In this document: positions 47,216 through 60,190 of the stretch, in pieces
Position numbering within the stretch: the first letter of the stretch is position 1
Layout: each line of letters starts with the position of its first letter
DNA from: Marsupella aquatica
Lineage: Eukaryota; Plantae; Marchantiophyta
Direction: 5' to 3'
Assembly: GCA_973895155.1 (NCBI GenBank)
Contig: OZ316898.1
Span: 2,765,927 to 2,829,926, forward strand
DNA length: 64,000 nt
Notes under the pieces: model-generated
What the model was told of the DNA's origin: nothing
The model's database searches: none
Seen by the model: only the letters and a program-made list of their open reading frames with translations
Position numbers and translations under genes: made by a program

Positions 47216-50200
47216 ATAACCCTTAAATTATCGCTAGTTGGTGGTGCAAAACTGGCTAATCCAAGACAAGCCCTCAAATGATAGAAACTTTTCAAGTGAA
47301 TTGCAATTTGACAAATTTTCGTCACAAAACAAAAAAGCGCGAGTTTAAAGTACTATAGTTAGAAACCTGGCTTATACAGGTTTTAGAGATGGTCCTATAT
47401 AACAGATTGACAGCGGCAGTTTAAAAAAAAATAGGATCGCCCTAGCGTAGTAGCGTGTACCGCGACTGCGATGCTCTAAAGTCAGGGCCGATAATTAAAA
47501 CCAATTCCTACGTACAACTTAATAAGTATCCGAAGAGTCGGAAGCTCCGTACCTCGTATCCGGATTCTCAGTACTGTACTGTATACCCCTTTTCACTCCT
47601 GGTCATTGTCCGGAGTACTGGTTGACATCACCTTGTCCGGCTCGGACTTCGGGTCGACATCATCAAACCGTCATCCTCGTTCGGGCACGAGCCTACTTGC
47701 GCTTCGGCGTTCCCTCAAGTCCAGCAAGTGGGGCCACGTGTGTCCCCCAGAGACGTCCAAGTAGGGTGGCGAATTGGCAATCTCATGACAAACAAACGAT
47801 TATGTCCGCTCTGCGCCACAAGAAACAAAAACCTACTCCACCGCCGCGGAAGCAATACTAACGGACAATAACCAATTAACACCATCCTTCTGCATTGGCT
47901 GAAATTGGGGAACACAAGTAGTCTAGTCTAGTGGAGACTCTAGAGTAACAGTTCGGCTGTCGACCAGGCTTTTCCGTCGGTTTCCGTCTTCGCGCGAGAC
48001 CTTTCGATGTACCGCATCGACGGAGGCTGTCGTCCTGTCTCGCTTTTTCCCAAAGACAGCGGTGAGAGGAGAGCAACTTCGGAGTGCTGCCATTTGCAGC
48101 TACGCCCGCCACAAATTGTTTTCAGTCGTGATTAATGGGAGGAAATGAATGGTCCGTTCCCATTGGTTCAGATGCGGAGATCAGAATATGTATACTTTTA
48201 CCAATAGACAACCGTATTGGTGAAGATTCCCATGGAAGATACTGAATCTAATCGAATCGATGTGAACTCACAAGTTGTAACAATATTGATGGAGGTAAAT
48301 TACAGGACCGCATACAAGGGTGAGCTGGAGCAGCACCCAACCAGGTCAGCATTTTCCGAGACTCTTGGTGTCTAATAGGGGTATTTTCCAAGGCTTTTTC
48401 TTTCTGTTCAATAATTTGAGGTTTTTTTTCCGCTGCCAAGGTTCACTATGCGAAGGAAGCGATGCTAAGAATATTTGTAATCTAATTTTCCAAGATTGAT
48501 TATTGAACCCTAGATTTCTTTAAATTTAAGGATAAGTGTCGGCCGATGGGGTCTATGACTGTGGAAAATTGGCTAATTGATGAAAACAAACCTGATAAAT
48601 TCATGTCAATAGTGACAAAGACATTTCAGAGAGGTGGAATCCAGCCCACTAGGAAAACAGCAATGTACATGCTTGGTATCTAAATAGGGGGGTTCTGGTT
48701 ACCAACTTCATTAAAAATATTATAGATACAAAGAATATTCCTTGTCAACAAAAAATCAGATAGCTTTTTACTAACTTGTCCCCCAAACTATCCTACATTA
48801 CTAATATGCCCTCATTTCTTGTGGGGTTAATATTAACTTGTATACAGGTTCTCATTCCATGTGGCAAGTTGCTACTGGCTGACCTCAACCCGCCATGACA
48901 CCCCTTGGCCGCCCTTCCCTTTCCCTGTTGCGGACTTGTCCCTTCCCCTTCCTTCGAGTGCCTCTCAGACCTGTCACTATCCGAGAAGGGACCTGTCACT
49001 GTCCGAGAGGCACGAAGACATGTTATTTTTTTCTCCACACTCCCCTCAATTTTAATCAGGAAAACTCAATGGGGAAGGGGGAAGTAACAGCTATCAAGGA
49101 GGATATGGGGTGAACTCTTGCTTGCACATCATGGGAAATTCTTGGAGGGAGGTCCCACAAGGTGGCCAAAGGAGTCGGTGTGACATTTTTGGTTGCAACC
49201 ATTTTCCCTCCCAAATAGTAGTCCTATGAGGAATACCAGATGCAACATTGACACTCCCTAATAATGATGCTTCAGAATATTTAATGGTTTGTATCCATGG
49301 TTGAGATTTGTCATTCCCTATAGAAAATCTTTTATAATAACGATGCACTTATCTTAACCTGGTTTAAATCATGTATGCCCTACCTAGACCTGGCAAGAAA
49401 TTCCTCCCTTGAAGAAGACTCTCTTATTTGGTCAGACATGGAAGCTCTAGATCTGGTAGGGTATGGAGACAGTAGGGACACTTCAAAGACTATCACATAC
49501 GGTCAAAGTCTATCGACTGGCCCATGGCTAATTTGAAAGATGTGCTTAGTTCAGGCTGTTGGAAGTTTCAGGGCTATCATGGCACGGTCTGGGCAGGTCA
49601 AAAAGAATAAACCAGGGCACCATGTAGTATCCATCCAATGATAAATAAATACATATTCATATTATTTGACAAAAGCTTTATGAATAATAAGCCTCGATGG
49701 ATCAGGGGTTTGCCTTGCCCATCCTCACGGACTGCATAAAGGTTAATTTACACAATGAGAAAAGTGACCAATTGCTTTAGGAGGAATGTTTCAATTTTGC
49801 TAAGCATGTCTCAAGTAGTTTTTCCATGCACCCCAACCAGGTGTAACCTGTTTGTTTTTAGACCTCTTTTGTATCTTCTTTCATCTCAAATGTTACCAGC
49901 ACATTCTCTAATGTTATCCATTCACAAGGTTTCAGATTTTTCTAAGATCGTTTGCTCCATTTCTGACTAGCACAAAAGTGATCAAATACTATCAACTGAT
50001 TGCTAATGGACGCTTCAGTTTTGTGAAGGACGCTTTGAGTAATTTGGACATGAACCACAAATTACCAATTTTGGGACGAACTCTTCAGGTTTGTGAAGGA
50101 TGCCTTGAGTAGTTTGGACATGAGGCCCGACATGAGGAGCTGCAACATACTGTCAGGTGACTAACTAAAACTGGCTGCAAACTGTCAGGGCCTGTTCACG

Positions 50201-51099
50201 GGTCAGATTTCAGTCAAACCATAAAAGGTGTTACCGGATTCTATTTAGACATTCTGTGCCAATCCATCCAAGCTTTGGAAATCCATCCGAGCATTACTTC
50301 TAAGACTTTCTAAAGAATAGGAAATGAAACAAGGTGTTCAAAACACACAAATGAAGAATGGTTTGCATTGTTAATCTTTTATAAAATGAAATAGACTGTA
50401 TCAAATTCAAAATTTGAATATCTACAACTATAATAAGGGATCCCACCTTTTTTTGGTCCTTCGTCCCGATACAAAAATGTTCCTCGGCAGGAAAGATCCA
50501 CAGCCATTGAATTCAATTAACTGTTTTCATTGACCATTGATGGAAGAAATGCACACCCTGGCACATATATGCTGCCCCATAAATACCCCGGCCGAATGGG
50601 CATAGGGCTCGCTTAAACATATTTACTTTATATACTGAGGGTGTTTTATTTAGATCACTATCTTACGTTATATCCCAAAACATACATTAAACTAACTCCC
50701 CGAGGGCATTTTATGACAGGCATAGAGCCCACAACATATATCTCAGCTCTATGGACGATCCAAATAGTCAAGTTCATTGGCCCTAGTCCATGGCCATACA
50801 TAATAAGTGGTCCCTTGGGTGCTACTTCCAGTTTCCACAATTGTCAATGAAGCTCGGCTGTGACTCCAGTACTCCCTTTGAACCTGATTGACCGCTCCCA
50901 TAAGTAAGGATAATTTTGTTTTGTTCAGAACTTGATGCTCACCAAAATGGCTGGCCATCCAACTTGGACAGACCTAACAGGTTTTGAGACTCAAAACAGA
51001 CAAATCGAGTTAAGCAACATTTAAAAACTATTATTCTACCCTGTCTCTCAGTCAGGCATTTTTTTTCTTTTGCACTAAAATATAGTTGAGAAAAGATCC

Positions 51100-51700
51100 A
51101 CCTTACCCAAAACGAGCCAAACAAGTACAAAAAAGGTCAAGAGAGGACCAATAGGGAACTCAAAAGAAGGGGGCCAAGTGCAAACCCCAAAAACCAAGAA
51201 AGAAGAAAAAGTAGAAAAACTATCATTGCAATAGTGTGATGATAGCCACATCTAGTGTAGCAACTAAGTCTGCAAGTGGAACATGGATGTACTCTAAAGT
51301 GGCAAGACTTTGCTGAGCCAGGCTAGTATCCATTGCCATAGATCTTTCTGGCTTGAGTACATTTAAGATCATTTTGTTCGAGACAAAAGGAAAATGACTT
51401 AAGGACTTGGTTGAGAAATTGATGTTCAGATGAACCGCAACTTTGCACCACCCAACTGGGATGGACCTAGGAGCTTTTGACACTCAAAATTGTGACCATT
51501 CCTACTAAAGCAAGATATTGTTTGATGTTTGAAATTATCCGTCTGGTTGCAGTCTACAGTAGCTGAGGTTGTTTTGTGACTAGCAGACCATTATTGACCA
51601 AAGAGCTCTCTAGATACACAGTCTGATTAACAAATGATATGCTTACTTGGTCCCATTTGAGGACTTGAGGGCCCATTGAGGGATAGTTGATGTGGAGTGT
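51100..51700 (-). mobile_element. Decayed CRE/RLE retrotransposon 3' fragment, subfamily A
   Basis: TQARKIY...SLATLEYIHVPLADLVATLDVA matches AQARTVY...RLAPLEDIPVPLVNLVSTLDVD. The 3'UTR ttcttggtttttggggttt matches 31618-31637. Confidence 0.75.
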
Positions 51701-51889
51701 GGTTTCTACAGTTTTCATAGCTCATTTATTCAAGGGATTCATTGATTAAAATCTGGATTGAAGTTTTCAAAAGATCTTTGGGTTTGTGAGAAAAACAGTC
51801 ACAAGTGCCACCAAATTCTTGTGAAGCCAACCTAACACTAGTATGCATTTCAACGAAGATAAAACAATGGTCCATCCTAACTCTTCACT

Positions 51890-52430
51890 GTAACTATGTT
51901 ACTCACTCCTCGACTCACTCATTTGAGAGCAGAGAAATTTTGGCTCTACTCACTAACTAGTGTTACTCACACTATTTCCGTTGTAACCCGCTTTCTGCAT
52001 GCATAAGTTAGTGTTACTTTGGAGTCAAGAGGGGAATTTTGTGAAAAAGTCTATATTGAAAAATAGACAAGAATTAGTGTTTATTGGATTCAACATCACC
52101 AAATATTTACTAACACTGTAAACCAAAGGGGATAAAAACTGTTTTCAAAAGCTGACAATATTAGTGTTACTTTGGACTCAAGATCCCTTAACCAAAATTA
52201 GTGTTACTTTAATAATTTTTGTTACGTTGGCCTCAATATCCCTTTACCAAAATTAGTGTCACTAACACAAATTTAATAATTAGTGTTACTAACACAAATC
52301 TAATAATTAGTGTTACCTTATTCTCAAGATCCCTTTACCAAAATTAGTGTTACCTTATTCTCAAGATCCCTTTACCAAAATTAGTGTTACTAACACTAAT
52401 ATGGAATGACATGAATTATTGCATAACACT
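51890..52430. repeat. Minisatellite built from (aa)ttagtgttac plus caagatccctttaccaa subunits
   Basis: About ten tagtgtta(c/t)-type cores. Exact 36-bp duplication aattagtgttaccttattctcaagatccctttaccaa at ~52306-52378. Confidence 0.85.
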
Positions 52431-53149
52431 AACTATCGTGAATGTTTGTCAAAATGTCATGGTCCACCCAGATTTATTTTCGCTTGGGCGAAGTTGACCT
52501 GGAAAGAAGGACCTGAGCGTAAAGAAAACCTGTTGACCTGAAAGACGCCGGAAGAGTGGCCCTGCGAAATCACCGGCACTGTAATTCGCAGAAGGAAGAT
52601 CGTATTTTCTGCAATTTGGTACGGCCGATACGGTACGGAGTTGAAAGTGCTTCTTGTAACTAAGAGCGTACCTTCGGGGCTTTCAGGTACTACGGTGGGT
52701 CCTACTCTTTCCGAGTGAGGTATAGCAACGTCCTTCGAGAAACTCACGATAACACAAGAGTTGTGTGATATCTCGGAATGTTTGTGATCAACGAGATTCC
52801 CTCGTTTTGAGTTAGTTTGGACCTTTTCTAATGGTAGTGATGAGTGGGTGTGCGCTTTTTGGACTAGGGTTTAGGAACAGTCATTGCAATATTAATAAAT
52901 TATATTATAAGAAACTAATAAAATACTCATTTATTTTGATTTTGGTGTTTGTTCCCCGGCCCTCATTTGCTCTTACTGAGTTGCACTTTATTTGATGTTT
53001 TCTTTCAGAAATGAATATTTTAAAAATTTCCAATACACAAATCGAGCGAGCTTACGCATTCATAAGGGTGAGGATTGTTGATTTTAGGGCCTTTAGTAAG
53101 ATTGTCCTGCTTGACCCTCTTATGTAGCTCACATGGGAGCTCTATGGCT

Positions 53150-53830
53150 CTTCAGTTTGCTGGTCTTTGGTTGTTCTTGTGCAAGGCTTTTGCCTAGGGA
53201 TTTGGGGTCTATGTGCCCTTTTGGTTTGTCCCCTTGATTGAGTCTTTTGTTTGTGGGATCTTGTCTCGGGGTTGGGTAGCCTTATTTTTTGGCAGTTTAT
53301 AAAATATGAGTACACAACCCGCACAACCTGAATGGACTTATTCATGGATGGATGGGTCTCACCAGAACCTCACTATCCATCTTGACCACTCACTTTTTTC
53401 AGCGTATTTCAGTGGCCTGACAGCATGCCAGAGCTTGAGAAACTTATTGTCGATCCCTCAGAGTGGCTACTGTGCCTCTCCAGACACTAGCCCCCCTAGA
53501 GGACATTCCTATCCCACTTGTTGATTTAGTTAGGACAATGGATGTGGATCATTAACTTTTGTCACATTTTCCGATATGGACACTAGTTCGTTGAGTTCCC
53601 CCTCATGTAGTGTTTGATACTTGTCCGTTTCTCTTCTTCCTTTTCTAGGATTGGACTTGCTTTTCTTTTGCTTTGTTTGGTGTTTGTCCTCTTTGGACCT
53701 CTTTTTCTTTCCTTTGATTTACTTTATTTTTTGTGATTATTATATATCACAGAGCCCAAAGGCAAAATAGGTCGAACCAGGAGACATGATCCCAAAGGCA
53801 AAACAACTCAATGGATTTATAAATTTTGGT
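53150..53830. mobile_element. Cluster of three CRE/RLE 3' ends: subfamily B (+, ~53150-53305), subfamily A (+, ~53345-53745), subfamily B (-, ~53745-53830)
   Basis: ctagcccccctagaggacattcct.tcccacttgt is shared with 31484-31518. attgag.c.ttt...tgtctc...gttgggta.cct is shared with 6647-6695, and again on the minus strand at 53760-53815. Confidence 0.75.
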
Positions 53831-56800
53831 GGAAGATTAAAAACAAAATATACAGGGTAACACTTTGGAACAAATTTGAAACCTTCTATAGTGCTATTGT
53901 CCTCAAGCCAAGCTCTTTGTTGGAAACCACAGACCACGTAAAGGAGTAAAAAACACATACGTGTTCGCGACGATGAGATGTTTCTGCCAAAAAAGCAAAT
54001 CAAATCTTTGACAATCTTGAGTGGGCCCTGTTCTTGATTGGTTTTGTCGTCATTTGCCAGTATTCTAACTTCTTTGCTGTTCTTTCTTGGTGTTTGAGAT
54101 CGTGTGACTTGGTATATTTTAATTTTCTTCTTTAATATATACATATACCTTGAGCAGCCATCTATCGGATCAATCTTGTTGGCAGTTATTGATATTACCT
54201 ATATTAATACTGCCAGGTTACCTTCAGATAATACCCTTGACAGACGACAGAATTGTTTCTTTATTGGGAACAAGTCATTCGTTTGCTACGCGGAAATGAG
54301 GTGATACCTTTGGCTCAAGTACACACAGAGTTGAGGTAACATTGTAACAACGATGTCGATGTGGTTTACTTTGGAGTTTTGTGGGATGTACACAATCATA
54401 TCAGATAGAACTTTATTTCTCAATCATCTCAAAAAGACATTTTGTCTCATACGGACAATAACTCTATGCTGAAGCATATCGTGCACATTGGAATGTGTTA
54501 ATGAAGACCTCATAGGAATATCAAATGCAATTGTTTTCATAGGCCAGGTTGAGTAGCCACCTTGGCATTGGATACAACTCGAAATCGACTTTGACAGACT
54601 ACGATTGCCCTTGATTCGCTTCTGAATTCATACACTTTAAGTCCTAAGAGATTTATATTTTACCTATTTTAATTAACAGTAGCGGAGAAGTTATATAGTG
54701 ACCAAATCCAGATCTCAGATGTACATCCATTACATAGAAGCACCAAAATGTACTAAGGGAAAAAACACAAAGGGCTATAAATTCAGTGTCATGTATCTAA
54801 AATTTCTTTCAAGGAGTATGAGCTTAGAGAAGATGATCTTGATTTTCCATAGGACTAACAAGTCATTGTGGTTTATCCATGTTGAAGAAAACTACGGAAA
54901 ACTCCCAAAACCTACAAAGTGAATGACAGTCCATGTTAAGGAAGGAATTTTGACTCACACATGCTTGTTTCAAACTATTTGAGATGACTATCTAACCCAC
55001 CCTTGGAAAAGGTAGGGGGACAGTTCGAGTCATTTTGAAAGAGGGAAACTCTACTATCGGTGTCTATAAAGTTTGGGTCTAAATTTGGTTGTACCGTCGA
55101 ATTTTAGGGTGACACTGTTAGATTTCCCAATTTAGGTCAAACGGGCACAAACTCTTGAATCTGAATACTTTATACGAGTATACATATACGTAGTGATGAG
55201 ATGAGAGACTCTTCACGATAGGACCAATGACTAGTTCTAAGATGCAAGAATCCATAATTAAACCATACAAGCTACCCACATGCACATGTTTCCTCTTTTT
55301 TTCTTTCTGTTGTGAACAAGGAAACCTCAGTGGCCTTACCCACGAGCACATGCACGTGGTTTCGTGTACTCTCTCGAAAACATTTGCCACCAATAACTCT
55401 GCAAACGCAAACAGCCAAACAGAGCCATGCCCAATTCTTCTCCGGCTTCCAGTGGGTACAGCCGTGTACCCCAAGCCAACTAGCCAAGGCATCAGAAAAG
55501 CAAACCTCCACAAATTGGTTTTCTTTTTATATTGTTAATTAAAACAAACAAACTCTAGTGTATTGCCTGGAGATTAATATCTGTGCACAAAACAGCGCAT
55601 TGCAGGGGATTGGGTTTCACCCTGGTACAGTGAGTGACAGCTATGTTCGCTACCATAGCATTGGGGCTTTTGTGCCCTGGTCTTGGATGATCCACACTGT
55701 TTTCCTTTTGCATTTGTCAGGGAGAAGAACTGGTAGTTGCCCTGGCCATACAGTTCACAGAGGATGGTAAATTGTTGGCAACCACCTCTCATATTTATTT
55801 CAAAATTGCATATACCAGGGCCATGACCAAAGGTGTCTCGTCACAATAAGCTGATACTATTGTTTAGGGCTCATATAGTTTCCAAAAATAAGATTTCGAT
55901 GCTACTTTTCCAAGAAAAGGTTCTGGGCCATTCAGGGTCCTGCATCATCCAAGTGGACTAAAGTTGAGCCAGCCATCAGATTTTTGTAGATCGCAGGATC
56001 CTGAAATATGGCTCAACTAACCTCATCTCAGGGTCGGTTTTGGCCAATTTTCCCAGTTCTCATAATTTTTCCTTCGTCAAGGTAAAACCTTTGGGCAGTT
56101 TTTAGCCAATACAAATGCTGGATCTCTGGTTTCGACTGGATGGCGTTTTTTTCTTGAAATTGGTGGGAGGTAATGGTACTACTGCCCAGGAGAGCAAGCC
56201 GTGCAGCTTCGGTGATGGCTGCTGTTGTTTTTGCTGTAACGGTGATTGTTGACAAAATAATTCAGATTCCTAGATTTCTGTATAAATATAGACAAATATA
56301 GATATATTTTAGATAGATAGATGTGAATCAACTGCATTTCTACAGCACTCTGTAAGCTCAATGGACTTGAGACTCGTGGCTCAAATAGATTTGCTCTCCA
56401 TTTCATGGGGCCATCATGAGTGATCCACCCGAGATAGAAGGCGGTGAGAATATGTCTTCAGCCATCACTTCAGAGTCCAACAGTACAGTGCGAGAAGGAG
56501 ATCTTATTCTGCACGAAAAGGGAAGCCTCCACCGCATGGCGAGCTGTGTTGTTTGTTGTTGGGTTGGAAGTGTTAAAAACCAGCCCATCTCACACTTGGG
56601 TCAGCTTTTCCACCACCAAAAAGCAGTTGATGACCTGATCAGTCAGTGATGCAGATCATGGATTTTTTAATTCCTTTTTCACCAAGGAGTCGAAGTTTGA
56701 AGTGATGTCCCACTAAGACCATCTCCACCACTGCTCCTTGTTACCTAATGGACCCCCAAGTGAACCAGATGGAGAGATAACTTGACAGTTACCCTCTCCA

Positions 56801-57792
56801 CCTGTAACCCATAACCTATAACCCTTATGTCTAAACATTATAGGTAAACTTCCAGATCCAAGCTGTCAACTGCCAAGTTTAGCAAGAAAGGCTATTACCA
56901 AACCAGGGCTCTATTCAGGCCTTTAATGGTGGTGGGGGGAGGGAGGGGTTGTGGATTGTTGATGGAAATATTGTCATCTCATTGTCCATAAAACACACCT
57001 CTATTTCTATTGTTTGGGGAAACATGGGCCACCTATCTGGAGATGGTCCAAGGGAAGTGCTTTTCACCTTATGTTTTCACCACAACACATCTGACATAGT
57101 AACATTACAGTTCAAATATTTCTATTTTTCCTCACCAAGGAGTCAAAGTGTTGAGTGGTCTCCCACTAAGGCGGTATGTTTTGCTGTGAACATCTGCCAC
57201 AGTAAGTTGTTTGTACATCAACATGAACAGTTACATGACGGAATAATTTGTCGGATCCAGCCCTTATGGCTCCATGGATTTCCTTACTGTTAATCCCAGT
57301 ACACAAATGGAAGTAGGAATTTGGCCAACTTATGCCAACGAAAATGATAAGTTTTCCCTTGTCGAGAGAAAGTTCATCGTTCACAACGAATGTTGACTCC
57401 CAAACTTGTTACTCCGTGTGGACTTTTATCTATCGATTTCTACTTTCTCTAGGTACAGTACTGCACAGACATTGTCCAAGTCATAAAGTGAAATAATAAA
57501 ATAGATAAAGATTCGTCCGTGTCATTTATGACGTCCAGATCTACGGCTGTTTTTTCATTCCGATCCTACACCATGGCATTGGCCGTCGATCTGATGCACG
57601 TCAGACCAATCAACGCGGAGAATCTTGGCGAGTTAAGCCCATTATGAAGGAGAGTAACGAGGCAAACAAAGGGGATCTGCGATCTTCTCTTCTCTGCAAA
57701 AGGATTGGCTAAAATTGAGGATCGGCGTTCTGGTACCTCCTAAAAACTCTTGTACGAAAAGTCCCATGTGTTATTGCTCTTGTGTTACCCTG

Positions 57793-57870
57793 TTGGTAAT
57801 CACACATCAAAATGTGATTGCATTTATTGATTGGTAATCACACATCAAAATGTGATTGCATTTATTGATT
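57793..57870. repeat. Perfect 38-bp tandem duplication
   Basis: ttggtaatcacacatcaaaatgtgattgcatttattga x2. Confidence 0.9.
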
Positions 57871-58649
57871 GAATAGAAAAAACTAAGATTATCACAGTAT
57901 GCAAGGGCGTCATACAACGTATATGTCATATTTTGATGTGCAATTACCGAGACCCCTTGTGTTATCGTTTCGTTCAACGCTGTCGAGTCTCGGACTATCT
58001 TTACTAGACTGTTTGATTTTTTACTATTTAGTTAATTCAGAAATTTCCCCCCTCGCAAGCAATCGGATGGTCAAAAATAGCTGAAGGAGTTGGAATGCGC
58101 AGCTAAGATTGATTGATGTTGACGGGGCTACTTAGGAGTTAAATTAAATTAGTTTTGGGGTAACTTCACCATTTGGACGATTTTACTGAAGCGCTAGACG
58201 TGGAACTTTAGATGTCCTCTCAATTTAAAGTAAGGAGTACGAAGGAAATAAGGTGCTCGAAGCCTTTATGTTCCACATAAATGGGAGCAAAACTTTTCTG
58301 ACGAGCTTGTTGTATTTTGTCTATCATAAAGATTTCCAAACAGAAGTTCAAAAGAGTGTTCTGTTGATAACCTTTGTTTTAAGAAACCTGAGGGAAACCA
58401 AGCCCAAATCCTTATCCAGGGGTAACAAAAAACTTGGGTTCTACCCTGATCTTTGCTTATTTGTTTGTATTTTAAAGAAATCATTGAATGGCCTTAATCT
58501 CGCTTAATGACCCTACTTCGGACCAGAGTTTGGATGAAGAATAGGCCAAACACAAACAATTTATCAACACCGACTTGATTTTGTGATTCAGGTTGTGTGA
58601 AAAGGCTACGCAGTGTCTAAGATATTACGCAGTGTCTAAGATATTTTCA

Positions 58650-60190
58650 AGAGGCCCTCAGTTACACCAATTACACCTCCAGGTCCATTCCACAACTTTT
58701 CTAGTGATGACGTTGCATTACTCATCAGGGTGATGATTACAGTCTTTAGAAAAAGACTCTAGCCAGCAAAACCACAATGTGTTTGGGAAGGAATCTGGGT
58801 TTCCATCTCTCCTTCATGTTAACTAGGAGAAAACAAAAGCAACCTTCATCGTTCCTCTCAGACCAATCCACCAACATTTGCAAGAATGGGCTGGACCTCG
58901 GAAACAGCTGAGACCACATTGGAATTGTTAGGTATCCCAGCTGCCCGACATCTTTTGGAGTGACAAATGGTGAAGGCATTGCGAGACAAGCTGGAGAAAA
59001 GATTAGACAAGGTCATACATATCCAATTATTGCTGATATATAGCATGAACAATAGTGGCTAGCCATCTCATTGTCAACGCCATGTGGTAATGCTTACTTA
59101 TTCTGTGGGCTAGCACCAAGGCAACAATCTCCAAATAGCTGGGCCACTAACAAAGGAAGATAACACAATTCAACTCAGGTTTAGAATGAGAAATTTAGAG
59201 CCAGATCGACTCTGCCATGAGAACTCAGATAACCTAATTTGTATTGGGGCCATGGTATTGTGCCGATTGCTGCTCAGTTCAGGGCTCTTGCTTGTAGCAT
59301 CATCATGTGGGCAGTTGTGGAGGGCAACTACCCATTCCACAAATTGTATATGAGCCATATTTAAAGTCTATCAACTACAGAATTAGTCTACAACATGATT
59401 GCCACAATACTCACCCTGAGGAATTAAGATTCGAGTTTACAAAATGATCAAAACAAACTATCCAAGTGAAAATTTTTAACCTGTTGATTTGCCAGAACCT
59501 ATATAGCTTGAACTGCTTATTCACAAGATTTGATGATGCTCCTTGATCTTTGGAGAATCTACAGGCTTAGAATGATTAGTTAGCTACTCTTTACAAAAAT
59601 CCCTTCCTCCATTGGGAGATCGTGGGCCAGTTTCTCTACTCCTACAATACACCAGCAGAATCTCTGCACTCCACCTTGAAGGAATGGTTAGACACTCTCA
59701 CCAGTAAGGTATTGGTCCAGCAGGGAGCAGCTTGAGCACGAGCAGGCCATGGGGCCCAATACTTGAACCCTACCATGCCCAGGTCACAAACCCCAACATT
59801 GTGGCCTCCACTTTTGAACTCCGACCATGGAAGTTCTGCGCTCCACAACCTAGCGGGACACAGCTTGCCAAGACCGATCGACGGCTGCAGTCAGCGGCAT
59901 CTGTTTTGATTGGACATCTCTGCAGTGGAAAGAGTGCATAGAGGCTAAACACTTGACCTCCTCTAGGCCTTTGGTGTATGATGAAAGGTGGGACTAGTTG
60001 GGCCACATGTAGGACCCAGCTTGAACAAACAGCCCAATGGTATGGCTGTTTGGCAAGGGCGGGTGAGGTTGCTTTTATGGCCTGGTCCTGTTCCCATAAG
60101 AGCTTCTATGCAATAAGGGTCTTGTGGAGGTTCCCACTAAGTAACACATTTGCCTCCAGGCTCCCTCAAAGCATACTTCTCTAAATTTTT
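58650..60190 (+). mobile_element. Highly decayed L1/Tx1-type LINE ORF2 (RT domain 5 onward)
   Basis: Frameshifted, colinear remnants: HNFSSDDVALLIR (FADD), LHVN*EKTKATFI (INWEKS), IVRYPSCPTSFGV (YLG.P), LRDKLEKRL and GHGIVPIAAQFRAL (GGLG). The 3' boundary is uncertain. Confidence 0.6.

Noticed and set aside
50690-50800. tRNA/SINE-like B-box remnant (ggcatagagcccacaac)
   Set aside because: Too degenerate; no cloverleaf or convincing A box.
52019-52045. Copia PPT-like gagtcaagaggggaattttgt
   Set aside because: It is part of the local minisatellite unit, with no LTR or pol sequence attached.
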